Notes: generated by a model from the sequence alone, not told the origin. A stretch of 64,000 nucleotides of DNA from Sphingobacteriales bacterium (GCA_027486795.1 JAIXOI010000057.1:26896-90895); one strand, 5' to 3'. Counted from the first letter of the stretch, positions 30,142 through 41,348 are shown. Numbers and translations: made by a program.

Positions 30142-30519
30142 ATGGCAAGGATAGCTGGTATTGATCTACCAAGAGAGAAACGTGGCCTCATCGGCCTTAC
30201 ATACATTTACGGAGTAGGTCCTAAAATTTCGCAAGAGGTTTTGGAGCGTGCAGGTGTTGACCCTAATATCCGTATAAAGGACTGGGACGATGAGCAAGTC
30301 GCTGCAATCCGCCAACTGCTTCAAGATGAGTACAAAGTGGAAGGTGCGTTACGTTCAGAAGTACAATTGAACATTAAGCGCCTGATGGACATAGGCTCAT
30401 ACCGTGGTATTCGCCACCGTAAAGGCCTACCTGTTCGTGGACAGCAAACTCGTACCAATGCTCGTACTCGCAAGGGTAAGAAGAAAACGGTTGCTAACAA
30501 GAAGAAAGTAACCAAGTAA
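30142..30519 (+). CDS. rpsM: 30S ribosomal protein S13
   Basis: [15 protein letters not shown]..., [17 protein letters not shown]. Confidence 0.96.
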   Translation: MARIAGIDLPREKRGLIGLTYIYGVGPKISQEVLERAGVDPNIRIKDWDDEQVAAIRQLLQDEYKVEGALRSEVQLNIKRLMDIGSYRGIRHRKGLPVRGQQTRTNARTRKGKKKTVANKKKVTK

Positions 30520-30541
30520 TAGACCATAAGAAATCATAACA

Positions 30542-30934
30542 ATGGCAAAGACTAGTAATACTAAGGTTAAAAAGAGGGTAGTGAAGGTTGAACCTGAAGG
30601 TCAGGTGCACATCCAGGCTACGTTCAACAACATTATCATTTCGATAACCAACAAACAAGGCCAAGTGATTTCTTGGGGTTCTGCTGGTAAGGCTGGTTTC
30701 CGCGGTTCTAAAAAGAACACACCGTATGCTGCCCAAATTGCTGCTGAAACTGCTGCTAAAGTAGCATACGATGCTGGCATGCGTAAAGCAGAAGTGTTTG
30801 TTAAGGGCCCAGGTTCTGGTCGTGAGAGCGCCATCCGTACCGTTGCTAACAGTGGTATTGATGTAACCGTTATCAGGGATATTACCCCTATCCCACACAA
30901 TGGTTGTCGCCCTCCAAAGCGCCGCAGAGTTTAA
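30542..30934 (+). CDS. rpsK: 30S ribosomal protein S11
   Basis: [30 protein letters not shown]...[16 protein letters not shown]. Confidence 0.96.
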   Translation: MAKTSNTKVKKRVVKVEPEGQVHIQATFNNIIISITNKQGQVISWGSAGKAGFRGSKKNTPYAAQIAAETAAKVAYDAGMRKAEVFVKGPGSGRESAIRTVANSGIDVTVIRDITPIPHNGCRPPKRRRV

Positions 30935-30971
30935 TCAATTAAAGAACAAGAGTAGCATAAATTAAGATACA

Positions 30972-31577
30972 ATGGCAAGATATATTGGCCCTTCTACTAA
31001 GATTGCTCGTAAATTTGGTGAGCCTATCTTTGGTTTCGACCGCGTGTTGGATAAGAAGAACTACCCACCAGGACAACATGGCAACAACAGGCGCCGCAAA
31101 GCAGCTTCTGAGTATGGCATTCAATTGCGCGAGAAGCAAAAAGCTAAATACACTTACGGTTTGCTGGAGCGCCAGTTTGCTGGTTTGTTTAAAGAGGCTG
31201 CACGTCGCCAAGGTGTAACAGGTGAAATCTTGTTGCAATTGTTGGAGTCAAGGTTAGACAACACAGTGTTCCGTTTGGGCATTGCCCCGACCCGTGCTGC
31301 TGCTCGCCAGTTGGTTTCGCACAAGCACATCATGGTAAACGGTGATTTGGTTAACATTCCAAGTTTCGTAGTACGTGTGGGTGATGTGGTAAGTGTTCGT
31401 GAAAAATCAAAGAACCTTGAGGCCATTACCGATAGTCTTGCTGGAACAAGCAAAAAATACAATTGGCTAGAGTGGGATTCTACTAACCTAAGGGGCCGCT
31501 ACATTGCAGTGCCTAGCCGCGAAGATATTCCTGAGAATATCCAAGAGCAGCTAATAGTAGAATTGTATTCTAAGTAA
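30972..31577 (+). CDS. rpsD: 30S ribosomal protein S4
   Basis: [21 protein letters not shown]...; S4 domain [26 protein letters not shown]. Confidence 0.96.
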   Translation: MARYIGPSTKIARKFGEPIFGFDRVLDKKNYPPGQHGNNRRRKAASEYGIQLREKQKAKYTYGLLERQFAGLFKEAARRQGVTGEILLQLLESRLDNTVFRLGIAPTRAAARQLVSHKHIMVNGDLVNIPSFVVRVGDVVSVREKSKNLEAITDSLAGTSKKYNWLEWDSTNLRGRYIAVPSREDIPENIQEQLIVELYSK

Positions 31578-31600
31578 TCACTTTTAAACAAGAATTATCC

Positions 31601-32602
31601 ATGGGAATCCTTACTTTTCAGAAGCCCGATAAAATTGTTATGCAGAAATCAACAGACTTCGATGGTCTGTTCGAATTTCGCCCTTTAGAGCCAGGCTTCG
31701 GTGTTACTATTGGCAATGCTCTTCGCAGGGTATTGTTGTCATCACTTGAAGGCTGGGCTATCTCAGGTGTAAAGTTTGATGGTATCACCCACGAGTTTTC
31801 TACTATCAAAGGTGTGCTTGAAGATGTTACTGACATCATCTTGAACTTAAAACAAGTTCGTATTAAGCGTGAAATGCGTGACGACGACAACACCATTGAA
31901 GAGAAAATTTATATCTCTTTAAAGGACAAAGAAACATTTACCGCTGGCGACATCGAGAAGCACACTAACGTGTTCCGCGTAATGAATCCAGATTTGGTAA
32001 TTTGCAATTTGGAGCCTTCTGTAAAACTAGAATTGGAATTGACCATCCGTAAAGGACGTGGTTATGTTCCTGCCGATGAGAATACCCCAGAGGATCTTCC
32101 TATTGGTTTGATTCCTATCGATTCTATTCATACGCCTATTAAAAACGTGCGTTATGCCGTTGAAAATACTCGTGTTGAACAGAAGACTGACTTTGAGAAA
32201 TTGGTTATCGAGGTTAACACTGACGGTACCATTCATCCAGAAGAAGCGATTAAGGAAGCTGCCAAGATTTTGATTCAGCACTTGATGCTTATCTCTGACG
32301 AAAACATCACCTTCGATACTTACGACAAGCAAGAAGACGATGTGGTTGATGAGCATATTTTGCACATGCGCAAGATTTTAAAAACACCTTTGGAAGATTT
32401 AGACCTTTCAGTGCGTGCATACAATTGCTTGAAGGCTGCCAAAATTAATACCTTGGCCGACCTCGTGCATTATGACACAAATGAGTTGTTGAAATTCCGC
32501 AACTTCGGTAAGAAGTCGTTGGTAGAAATAGAAGCATTGATTAATGAGAAAGGACTTACCTTCGGTATGGATCTTTCGAAGTACAAGTTAAACGAAGAGT
32601 AA
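31601..32602 (+). CDS. rpoA: DNA-directed RNA polymerase subunit alpha
   Basis: 333 aa with [28 protein letters not shown] and a C-terminal HhH domain ([22 protein letters not shown]). Confidence 0.96.
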   Translation: MGILTFQKPDKIVMQKSTDFDGLFEFRPLEPGFGVTIGNALRRVLLSSLEGWAISGVKFDGITHEFSTIKGVLEDVTDIILNLKQVRIKREMRDDDNTIEEKIYISLKDKETFTAGDIEKHTNVFRVMNPDLVICNLEPSVKLELELTIRKGRGYVPADENTPEDLPIGLIPIDSIHTPIKNVRYAVENTRVEQKTDFEKLVIEVNTDGTIHPEEAIKEAAKILIQHLMLISDENITFDTYDKQEDDVVDEHILHMRKILKTPLEDLDLSVRAYNCLKAAKINTLADLVHYDTNELLKFRNFGKKSLVEIEALINEKGLTFGMDLSKYKLNEE

Positions 32603-32610
32603 TCTAAGTC

Positions 32611-33225
32611 ATGAGACACGGGAAGAAAGTAAATCACCTGGGCCGTACCAGCTCGCACCGTAAGGCTTTGCTAATGAACTTGGCTAATGCGCTTATAACA
32701 CACAAGCGCATTAAGACCACAGTAGCCAAAGCTAAATCGCTGCGCATATATGTTGAGCCCCTACTAAACCGCGGTAAAGTGGATACAACCCACAACCGTC
32801 GTATTGTATTCAGCTATTTGCAGCAGAAAGAAGTAATTACCGAGTTGTTCGGTCCTGTAGCTGCTAAAATCGGCGACCGCGCTGGTGGTTATACCCGTAT
32901 CATTCGCCTAGGCGAGCGCTATGGCGATGCTGCCGAAATGGCCATGATTGAATTGGTTGATTTCAACGAATTGTTGCTAGGCGATAAGAAGGAAGCTGGT
33001 GCTAAGAAGAAACGTACTCGCCGCAGTGGTAAGAGTGCTGATACTGCCGCTGCTAAACCTGCTGCCAAGAAAGAGGCTGCCCCAGTAAAAGCGGAAGAAA
33101 CTGCCCCAGAAGAGGTGGTTGACGAAACCCCAGTTGCTGTAGCTGCAGCCGAAACCCCTGCTGTTGAAGAGGCTCAAGCCCCTGAAGCTGCTGAAGAGGA
33201 TACTACCAAAGAAGAACAGGCTTAA
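32611..33225 (+). CDS. rplQ: 50S ribosomal protein L17, with an Ala/Glu/Lys/Pro-rich C-terminal extension
   Basis: [37 protein letters not shown]. About 80 aa of low-complexity tail follows the L17 core. Confidence 0.95.
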   Translation: MRHGKKVNHLGRTSSHRKALLMNLANALITHKRIKTTVAKAKSLRIYVEPLLNRGKVDTTHNRRIVFSYLQQKEVITELFGPVAAKIGDRAGGYTRIIRLGERYGDAAEMAMIELVDFNELLLGDKKEAGAKKKRTRRSGKSADTAAAKPAAKKEAAPVKAEETAPEEVVDETPVAVAAAETPAVEEAQAPEAAEEDTTKEEQA

Positions 33226-33250
33226 TAGTCTTTCATTCTTTAACATAACC

Positions 33251-33283
33251 AAAGGCCGTTCCATTAGGGACGGCCTTTTTTAT
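33251..33283 (+). terminator. Rho-independent terminator after rplQ
   Basis: AAAGGCCGT(T)CC-ATTAG-GGACGGCCTTT stem-loop followed by a T-run (TTTTTTATTTTT). Confidence 0.8.
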
Positions 33284-33346
33284 TTTTATTTTTTCTGCTT
33301 TTCGGAGGAACTATTTCAGCTCGGGATGCATTACACTGTTGTAACT

Positions 33347-33364
33347 TTAATGTTTGAACATTAA
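33347..33364. promoter_or_regulatory. Perfect 8-2-8 palindrome TTAATGTT-TG-AACATTAA upstream of the OYE reductase gene (candidate operator)
   Basis: An exact inverted repeat 24 nt upstream of the ATG at 33388. It contains a TTTG. Confidence 0.45.
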
Positions 33365-33387
33365 TTAAAAAACCAAGACCATAAGAA

Positions 33388-34473
33388 ATGAAACTATTTA
33401 GCGAATACCGACTAGGAAGCATTACCCTTAAGAACCGTGTAGTAATGGCACCTATGACCCGAAGCCGCGCCATTGGTAATGTACCAAATGAATTGATGGC
33501 CGAATACTATGCACAACGTGCAGGTGCAGGCCTAATTGTTACCGAAGGAGTTGCTCCATCGCCAAATGGATTGGGATATGCCCGCATACCAGGTATATTT
33601 AGCCAAGAGCAGGTAGCCGGTTGGAAACTGATAACCGATGCCATACATGCAAAAGGCGGTAAAGTCTTTATTCAATTGATGCACACAGGCCGTGTAAGTG
33701 TTGCCGATAATTTACCAGCTGGCGCAGAAGTACTGGCGCCAAGTGCAATACAATTGGATGGAACCATGTGGACCGATGCAAATGGTATGGTGCCATATCC
33801 AACTCCAAAGGAAATGACCGCCGCTGATATTGAAGCAACTATTGAAGAATATGTGACCGCATCAAAAAATGCCATTGCTGCCGGGTTTGACGGTGTAGAA
33901 TTGCATGGTGCCAATGGCTACTTGATTGAGCAGTTTTTGAATACCGCAACCAACAAACGCACCGATGCTTACGGCGGTAGCGCAACCAACCGCAACCGTT
34001 TTGCCATTGAGGTAGCCCAGCGCGTAGCAGCTGCTATTGGTGCCGATAAAACGGCCATGCGCGTATCGCCTTATGGAGTGTTTAATGGTATCGCCATTCA
34101 CGATGGATTGGATGCACAATACACAGAACTGGCTGCAGCCTTAGGTAAGATAGGCTTGGTATACTTGCACAACGTAGACCATAGCAGCCAAGGTGCCCCT
34201 GCCGTGCCAGAAGCTAGCAAAAAGAAACTTCAGGAGGCTTTTGGCGGTACTTTTATCTATAGCGGTGGCTTAGATAAAGCATCTGCTGAAGTAGTATTGG
34301 AAGAAGGCCGTGGCGATTTGGTGACCTTTGGACGTCCATTTATTGCGAATCCTGATTTGGTGGCCCGCTTGCAAAACGACTTAGAATTGGCGCAACCTGA
34401 TTATAACAAGCTGTATACCCCAGGTGCCGATGGCTACAGCGATTATCCTGCTGCTAGCGTAGCCGTGGCTTAA
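33388..34473 (+). CDS. NADH:flavin oxidoreductase, Old Yellow Enzyme family (alkene reductase)
   Basis: LKNRVVMAPMTRSRA, QLMHTGR, GFDGVELHGANGYLIEQFL, FGRPFIANPDL. Confidence 0.85.
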   Translation: MKLFSEYRLGSITLKNRVVMAPMTRSRAIGNVPNELMAEYYAQRAGAGLIVTEGVAPSPNGLGYARIPGIFSQEQVAGWKLITDAIHAKGGKVFIQLMHTGRVSVADNLPAGAEVLAPSAIQLDGTMWTDANGMVPYPTPKEMTAADIEATIEEYVTASKNAIAAGFDGVELHGANGYLIEQFLNTATNKRTDAYGGSATNRNRFAIEVAQRVAAAIGADKTAMRVSPYGVFNGIAIHDGLDAQYTELAAALGKIGLVYLHNVDHSSQGAPAVPEASKKKLQEAFGGTFIYSGGLDKASAEVVLEEGRGDLVTFGRPFIANPDLVARLQNDLELAQPDYNKLYTPGADGYSDYPAASVAVA

Positions 34474-34498
34474 AATAAGATTTTGCCCTTCTTAATCG

Positions 34499-34531
34499 AA
34501 AAGCGCCTGCCGCAAGGTGGGCGCTTTTTTA
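34499..34531. terminator. Stem-loop terminator between convergent genes (T-run on the + strand)
   Basis: AGCGCCTGCC-GCAA-GGTGGGCGCT followed by TTTTTT. It overlaps the stop codon of the minus-strand TPR gene. Confidence 0.7.
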
Positions 34532-35455
34532 TTTGCAGTGCTTTTCAATTAAACTTTCCACCTCAGGGCCATGTTTTGATGAAAAACCTAGGGCCAATGC
34601 TTTATAGAAATATTGGCAGGCCACGTCTTTCTGCTTCATTTTGAGATAGGCCAAGCCTAGGTTGCGGTAGGCGTATGAATTGCTCGGGTCGCCTTCTATG
34701 GCCTCTTTAATATACTTAATACCAACGTCCATTTGGCCCGCTGATACATAAGAGTAGCCGAGGTTGTTTTTTCTGATGTAATTGTTGGGCTCCATTTTTA
34801 CCAGATACTCAAATATAGCAATGGCTTCTTTATGCTTTCCTTGGAGGTTATACACCAAAGCCATATTGTTCAATGCCCTATTATCCTTTCTTACTTCGTT
34901 GGCCAATATTGCATACTTCAATCCTTCTTTGTTATAGCCCGCTACAATCCTGCTATGGCTCATGTCAAGCAAATAGTCAAAGTCTTTAGGGAATTTGGCG
35001 AGGCATTCTAGCAGAAAAGCCTCATTCTCCTCGTACTGCTGTAGCTTAAGTTTTACCTTGGCGTGGTAGTACCTTATGTTGCTGCATTGCGTATCGCCAA
35101 CACACAAGTTGTAGGCTTTATAAAACGCAGTATCGGCCTTGTGTATTTGGTTGAGTTTGTTGAGATAGTCTGCATATTTATAGTACAATTGGGCATTTGG
35201 TGGTGCGGTTTTCAGCATTTCTTCCATTTCGGTAATGCTCTCTTGGGTTATACCCACACAACTAAGGAGTTTAGCCTTTATCAAATATCCTTCGATGTCA
35301 TTAGGATCTATGGCCAATAAGCTATCGGTAAGTACTATTGCGGTATCATATTTTTTTTGATCCTGAAGTTCTTGAATTGTTGTAATGAGCTCTTCATTTT
35401 GGCTATACGAAAGTTGTGAAACGAGCAGTAACAACAGTATTGTGCGAATTTTCAT
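34529..35455 (-). CDS. Tetratricopeptide (TPR) repeat protein, secreted
   Basis: Signal peptide if started at MKIRTILLLLLVSQLSYSQ (35455), plus multiple TPR-like units (AYRNLGLAYLKMKQKDVACQYFYKALALG). Confidence 0.6.
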   Translation of the reverse strand: MKIRTILLLLLVSQLSYSQNEELITTIQELQDQKKYDTAIVLTDSLLAIDPNDIEGYLIKAKLLSCVGITQESITEMEEMLKTAPPNAQLYYKYADYLNKLNQIHKADTAFYKAYNLCVGDTQCSNIRYYHAKVKLKLQQYEENEAFLLECLAKFPKDFDYLLDMSHSRIVAGYNKEGLKYAILANEVRKDNRALNNMALVYNLQGKHKEAIAIFEYLVKMEPNNYIRKNNLGYSYVSAGQMDVGIKYIKEAIEGDPSNSYAYRNLGLAYLKMKQKDVACQYFYKALALGFSSKHGPEVESLIEKHCK

Positions 35456-35500
35456 ACGGTACCCTTTTTGTAAAAGTACAAATAGTAGCCTTGTGCTCAA

Positions 35501-35538
35501 AATAAATGAAAAAGGACCGAGGCCTGCTCCCTCGGTCC
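35501..35538 (-). terminator. Rho-independent terminator of gldM
   Basis: On the minus strand, GGACCGAGG-loop-CCTCGGTCC is followed by TTTTTCATTTATT. Confidence 0.7.
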
Positions 35539-35585
35539 TTAATGCCAGTGCACATGCCGTATGGTGTGCTAGCTAATGCTATTTA

Positions 35586-37214
35586 TCAGTTCAATTCGTA
35601 AATTAGGTTACCGACATCTTCAATGGTTCCGGCAACATTTGCTTTTATATTGTCAAGGTAAACAGTCACCTTTTTGCCGGCTTTAGCTTTGTTTACTATT
35701 TCTCTAATGTCTTGCACCAATACCTTGCTTTTTACGGTTTTACCGTTACCCTGTATTTCTCCATCAACCGAAACCATGTAGGTATATTCAACCACTTCGA
35801 AAGGAACGTTTAACGGAAACTCGTTCATGTCCAAATCAATGGTTTGTGCTACGCTAAATCTGTTCTTTGGCATCCTTGAGCTGCCCTTACCCAATACTAT
35901 GGGTATTGGCTTTGGTATTTTCTTTACCCTGAAGGTCATGTCGCCCATTTTCTTGTTTGTACCGTCAATATTGGCATACACATCAACCGTAACAGTGCCA
36001 GTAGCCGTTACCTTGGCACTATATGAGCCATTGCTGCCGCTTATGGTGCCACTGCTTATGCTTGCGGTTAGTTTATCGGCAGGCACGCCCGGTACCGATA
36101 TGGCCAGCGGGTTGGGCACTCCAATGTATAACACGTTCATCTTCTCGGCCGATACCACGGCTGTTGATTTGGATGATTGGTAGTTGAACTCAAAAGGTAA
36201 ATAGCGAAAGCCCACACCATCGGGCTCGCGCAGTTTTATAACGCCTGTGTGCGAGTTAATGCCCACCTTGTTGCTTAGTTCGCTAAACGAAGCCATTCCG
36301 CCCCTAACTTCAAGCTTTTGGTAGCCATCCTTCAATGGAAAGTCAGCCACTGCTTCCTTCAATTTCTTAGTGCCTTGCTCGTACATGGCGGCTGGGTCTT
36401 TAAAATCGCCTACAAACACTTCCACCTCTTGCGTGCTGCTGGTAGCAGCTACAAATATATCGGCACGGAACTCTTGTTGGCCGGCAAGTACAAAACCGTT
36501 TTCGTTGATGGAGGTGGCAAAAAGCTTGTCGAACTTATACACGCCTACATCTACTTTCTTGTAAATCTCGTTGAGCATCAGGGTTTCGGCATTGCGCACG
36601 TCGCCTTGCAGTTTGCTCAGCAAGGCTATAGTAGCAGCAATGGGTACCTTCTCAAAGTTATAACTTACCCAATCCTTTTTACCCAAGCGCTCTGCTTCGG
36701 TTTTATCGTAGTGGGTGCTTAAGGGCATTTGAAGGTCTAGTTTTTTTAGGTCTTCGTCGTTTAGTACGCCAGATAGAAGCAACTGGCTGCGCAGCTCATT
36801 TACCTTTTGCTGCAGTTCATAGCCTTTCTTTTCGTATACCAGCAACCTTGTACCCACATCTACATCCTTTTTGCCTTTTAGGCCGCCATCTTCGTCAATG
36901 CCGCCGCTTTTGGCTATAATGTTGGCCTTCAGGTCTTCAATATAGGTATAGAAACCCTGGCTCAGGATTTGTACCCTTCGGGCTTCCTTAATAAAGGGCT
37001 CCGTTTTTACGGGGTTGTTGGCATATTTTTGTTCAAATTGGCCCATTAAGGCAGCATTTTTGCTTACCAGGCTTTGGTTGGTGGCTTTTATGCCGTCATC
37101 AATTAGCCGGAAGGAATTGAGCACTTCGGCAGAAACATTCAGGGCTAGCAGGGCTGTTAGCACCAGATACATCATATTGATCATCTGCTGCCGGGGTTCT
37201 TTAGGGATTGACAT
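35586..37214 (-). CDS. gldM: Gliding motility / T9SS protein GldM (PorM family)
   Basis: The N-terminus PRQQMINMMYLVLTALLALNVSAEVLNSF matches the GldM signature TM helix. The C-terminal region has MNVLYIGVPNPLAISVPGV. Length 542 aa. Confidence 0.85.
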   Translation of the reverse strand: MSIPKEPRQQMINMMYLVLTALLALNVSAEVLNSFRLIDDGIKATNQSLVSKNAALMGQFEQKYANNPVKTEPFIKEARRVQILSQGFYTYIEDLKANIIAKSGGIDEDGGLKGKKDVDVGTRLLVYEKKGYELQQKVNELRSQLLLSGVLNDEDLKKLDLQMPLSTHYDKTEAERLGKKDWVSYNFEKVPIAATIALLSKLQGDVRNAETLMLNEIYKKVDVGVYKFDKLFATSINENGFVLAGQQEFRADIFVAATSSTQEVEVFVGDFKDPAAMYEQGTKKLKEAVADFPLKDGYQKLEVRGGMASFSELSNKVGINSHTGVIKLREPDGVGFRYLPFEFNYQSSKSTAVVSAEKMNVLYIGVPNPLAISVPGVPADKLTASISSGTISGSNGSYSAKVTATGTVTVDVYANIDGTNKKMGDMTFRVKKIPKPIPIVLGKGSSRMPKNRFSVAQTIDLDMNEFPLNVPFEVVEYTYMVSVDGEIQGNGKTVKSKVLVQDIREIVNKAKAGKKVTVYLDNIKANVAGTIEDVGNLIYELN

Positions 37215-37435
37215 GCTTGGGAGGATTTTGTTGGTGAAAAAATATTTTCGGATTTATTTCCTTCACAACGCAACCTTCAACTTTTTTATTTCGTCTAAAT
37301 AATTGACTAACAATTGTTTATGGTAAAATGTGCTTGTCTTTTTGACATGCATGTGCGACAGGCAATACCTAGCGCATTACAAAATGTAAAGCGCAGGTAG
37401 CTAAAAATATTTTTAAAATAGTTTTGTTTTGGCGC

Positions 37436-37472
37436 TGCCTACCCAACGCTCCGGATAAATTTTGCCTACCCA
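37436..37472. promoter_or_regulatory. Direct repeat TGCCTACCCA x2 upstream of the XRE regulator gene (candidate operator)
   Basis: Exact 10-mers at 37436-37445 and 37463-37472, 60-97 nt upstream of the ATG at 37533. Confidence 0.3.
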
Positions 37473-37532
37473 TATACTAAAAGCTCCTGCCACATAGTTA
37501 TTCTACTATCCGGCAAAACATAAGGGGCTACT

Positions 37533-37751
37533 ATGATAAACAACCATTTGAAAGTGGAGCGCGCCAAGCGTAATCTTACCCAAGCACAATTGGCTCAACT
37601 AATAGGGGTGAGCCGCCAAACTATCAATGCCATCGAAAAACGAAAGCTAGTGCCCAGCACCATGGTTGCGCTTCGGTTATCGGTTTGTTTTGAAACCTGT
37701 GTAAACAATATTTTTGAGCTGGAAGATGCACAAATAAAGAAAAAATGTTGA
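37533..37751 (+). CDS. XRE-family helix-turn-helix transcriptional regulator (72 aa)
   Basis: LKVERAKRNLTQAQLAQLIGVSRQTINAIEKRK is a classic Cro/C1 HTH. Confidence 0.8.
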   Translation: MINNHLKVERAKRNLTQAQLAQLIGVSRQTINAIEKRKLVPSTMVALRLSVCFETCVNNIFELEDAQIKKKC

Positions 37752-37760
37752 TTGCTTATT

Positions 37761-37784
37761 GAGAATTTCATATCTTAAATTCTC
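37761..37784. promoter_or_regulatory. Inverted repeat GAGAATTT-N8-AAATTCTC between the XRE gene and the CMD-family gene
   Basis: Perfect 8-bp arms, 10 nt after the XRE stop and 17 nt before the next ATG. It could be an operator or a weak hairpin. Confidence 0.35.
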
Positions 37785-37801
37785 AAACCAAAAACAACAA
37801 C

Positions 37802-38338
37802 ATGGCATATATCGATTTACCAAAAGAATTGCCGGGCATTTTAGGCCCAATGACCTTTAGGCCCGAAACAGCAAAACACCTTAATGCCCTGGCAGAAACG
37901 TTGCTGAGAGGACCATCAACACTTACTTCAGGAGAGCGCGAATTGATTGCGGCGTATGTGTCGCATCAAAACAATTGTTTGTTTTGCCACTCATCGCATG
38001 GGGCGGCTGCGGCGCACCACTATGGGCGCAACTATGAGCTGGTAGACCAAGTGAAAAACAATTATCAATCGGCTCCAATATCCGATAAGCTTAAAGCCTT
38101 ATTGGGCGTTGCTGGCAAAGTGCAGAAAGGTGGTAGGCACGTAACCCCAGAAGATATTGAGGCTGCCCGTGCCAAAGGAGCTACCGACCTAGAAATACAT
38201 GATACCGTGCTTATTGCCGCTGCCTTTTGTATGTTTAACAGGTATGTGGATGGCTTGAACACTTGGGCACCGGCCGAAACCCTTGCTTATGATGATATGG
38301 GCAAGCGCCTAGCTGAAGTAGGTTATAACAGTTTCTGA
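37802..38338 (+). CDS. Carboxymuconolactone decarboxylase / AhpD-like (peroxidase-related) family protein
   Basis: GERELIAAYVSHQNNCLFCHSSHG (CxxC-H motif of AhpD-like/CMD proteins); 178 aa. Confidence 0.65.
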   Translation: MAYIDLPKELPGILGPMTFRPETAKHLNALAETLLRGPSTLTSGERELIAAYVSHQNNCLFCHSSHGAAAAHHYGRNYELVDQVKNNYQSAPISDKLKALLGVAGKVQKGGRHVTPEDIEAARAKGATDLEIHDTVLIAAAFCMFNRYVDGLNTWAPAETLAYDDMGKRLAEVGYNSF

Positions 38339-38360
38339 GAATATCGATGATACTTGGTAT

Positions 38361-38394
38361 AGAGGCATTTCGAAAGGGATGCCTCTTTTTATTT
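38361..38394 (+). terminator. Rho-independent terminator after the CMD-family gene
   Basis: AGAGGCAT-loop-ATGCCTCT followed by TTTTTATTT. Confidence 0.75.
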
Positions 38395-38397
38395 GAC

Positions 38398-38697
38398 TTA
38401 CTCTTCAACAATTACGAAAACCTCTTCGTTTTCTTTTTTCATTAAGTACTCTTCCCGTGCAAATTTCTCCAGTTTCTCGGAATTGCTAAACAAGCCTTTT
38501 GCTTCTGCTTCTACCTCTACGGCCTTTACTTGGTAGTATGCTTTTTCCCTTTCAAGGTCGGTAAGCTCTTGCTTGAGCTTAAATTGGGTAACGAGGTTGT
38601 GCCTATCGAAAAACACCAGCCATACCAAGAAAACCAAGGAGGTAAGCACATACTTGTTTCGCAAAAAGGATGGTATGGTGATGTTAGGTATTTGCAT
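38398..38697 (-). CDS. Septum formation initiator (FtsB/DivIC-like) protein
   Basis: 99 aa from MQIPNITIPS: one TM segment (LTSLVFLVWLVFF), then a coiled coil (LKQELTDLEREKAYYQ). The tracked 201-aa ORF was trimmed because its 5' part overlaps eno and the intergenic repeats. Confidence 0.55.
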   Translation of the reverse strand: MQIPNITIPSFLRNKYVLTSLVFLVWLVFFDRHNLVTQFKLKQELTDLEREKAYYQVKAVEVEAEAKGLFSNSEKLEKFAREEYLMKKENEEVFVIVEE

Positions 38698-38720
38698 TGG
38701 TGTAAAGGTAGAAAATATTG

Positions 38721-38752
38721 AGACACAAGACACAAGACATAAGACACAAGAT
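38721..38752. repeat. Heptamer array AGACACA AGACACA AGACATA AGACACA AGAT
   Basis: Period 7. 38721-38738 is the exact reverse complement of 38831-38848 (18 nt). Confidence 0.9.
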
Positions 38753-38785
38753 TTGTTGCGTTGTAGCAAAATTTGTTCAAAGCAA

Positions 38786-38828
38786 CCTAAAACAAAAGAA
38801 TGCCCGAAAACTTGTTTTCGGGCATTCT
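38786..38828 (-). terminator. Rho-independent terminator of eno (15-bp perfect stem)
   Basis: AGAATGCCCGAAAAC / GTTTTCGGGCATTCT (38797-38811 / 38814-38828). On the minus strand it is followed by TTTGTTTTAGG. Confidence 0.8.
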
Positions 38829-38831
38829 TAG

Positions 38832-38863
38832 TCTTGTGTCTTGTGTCTGAAATCTTGTGTCTA

Positions 38864-38866
<3 letters not shown>
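38832..38866. repeat. Heptamer array TCTTGTG TCTTGTG TCTGAAA TCTTGTG TCTATCA (inverted partner of 38721-38752)
   Basis: Period 7. The last unit contains the eno stop codon (38864-38866). Confidence 0.9.
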
Positions 38867-40248
<1,382 letters not shown>

Positions 40249-40250
40249 AA

Positions 40251-41348
40251 CTATAGCATTGCCACAAAATCGTCAAACAAATAGCGGCTATCAATAGGTC
40301 CAGGGCTACTTTCTGGGTGGTATTGTACCGAGAAAGCGTTTTTACCTTTTACTTTGATACCTGCAACGGTATTGTCGTTTAAGTTTACATGGGTTACCTC
40401 AACTTTGCCGCTATTTTGAGCATCTTCAAACTGCACGCTAAAACCGTGGTTTTGCGAAGTAATTTCGCATTTACCGGTTACCAGGTTCTTTACTGGGTGG
40501 TTCAAGCCACGGTGGCCATTGAACATTTTATAGGTACCGATGCCGTTGGCCAAAGCTAATATCTGGTGCCCCAAACAAATGCCAAATGTCGGCTTGTTGG
40601 TATTCAATATTTCTTTAGTGGTTTCAATGGCATAAGGCATAGAAGCCGGATCGCCAGGGCCGTTAGAAATAAAATAGCCATCGGCACCCCAAGCCTGCAG
40701 TTCGGCAAAGGGGGTTTTGGCCGGGAATACTTTGGTATATACTCCGCGCTCATTTAAGCAGCGCAATATGTTTTTCTTGATGCCCAAATCTAAAACAGCT
40801 ACGCGCTTTGGGGCATTTTCGGCACCCGTATAGTACACTTCTTTGGTGCTAACCACCGAGCTTAACTCCAATCCTTCCATTGATGGGGTCTCGGCCAATT
40901 TGGCTTTTAGCACCTCAAGGTCGGTAGTTTCCGATGAGATTATGGCGTTCATGGCGCCAGCGCTGCGAATGTGGCGCACAATTGCTCGGGTATCCAAGTC
41001 GCAAATTGATACCACACCCTCATTTTCCAAATACTCCTGTATACTCAAGGTAGCTTGGTAGCGGCTATACACTTTACCTGAGTAGTTTTTAACAACTAGG
41101 CCAGCTATTTTTACCCCATCGCTTTCAACGTCAATTTCGTTTACGCCATAGTTGCCTATGTGGTCGCCGGTCATTACCAATATTTGGCCGTAGTACGATG
41201 GGTCAGTAAATACTTCCTGATAGCCAGTCATGCCAGTGTTAAAGCAAATTTCGCCAGTTGTTGTACCAATTTTTCCGGCAGATTTGCCATAAAAAGCGGT
41301 TCCATCTGCTAGCAGCAGCACTGCTTGTTTGGGGCCGTTTTCAGTCAT
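40251..41348 (-). CDS. carA: Carbamoyl-phosphate synthase small (glutaminase) subunit
   Basis: AVLLLADGTAFYGKS..., a GATase triad context (PTFGICLGHQ, ...HPE), with the start set at MTENGPKQ (41348). Confidence 0.9.
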   Translation of the reverse strand: MTENGPKQAVLLLADGTAFYGKSAGKIGTTTGEICFNTGMTGYQEVFTDPSYYGQILVMTGDHIGNYGVNEIDVESDGVKIAGLVVKNYSGKVYSRYQATLSIQEYLENEGVVSICDLDTRAIVRHIRSAGAMNAIISSETTDLEVLKAKLAETPSMEGLELSSVVSTKEVYYTGAENAPKRVAVLDLGIKKNILRCLNERGVYTKVFPAKTPFAELQAWGADGYFISNGPGDPASMPYAIETTKEILNTNKPTFGICLGHQILALANGIGTYKMFNGHRGLNHPVKNLVTGKCEITSQNHGFSVQFEDAQNSGKVEVTHVNLNDNTVAGIKVKGKNAFSVQYHPESSPGPIDSRYLFDDFVAML

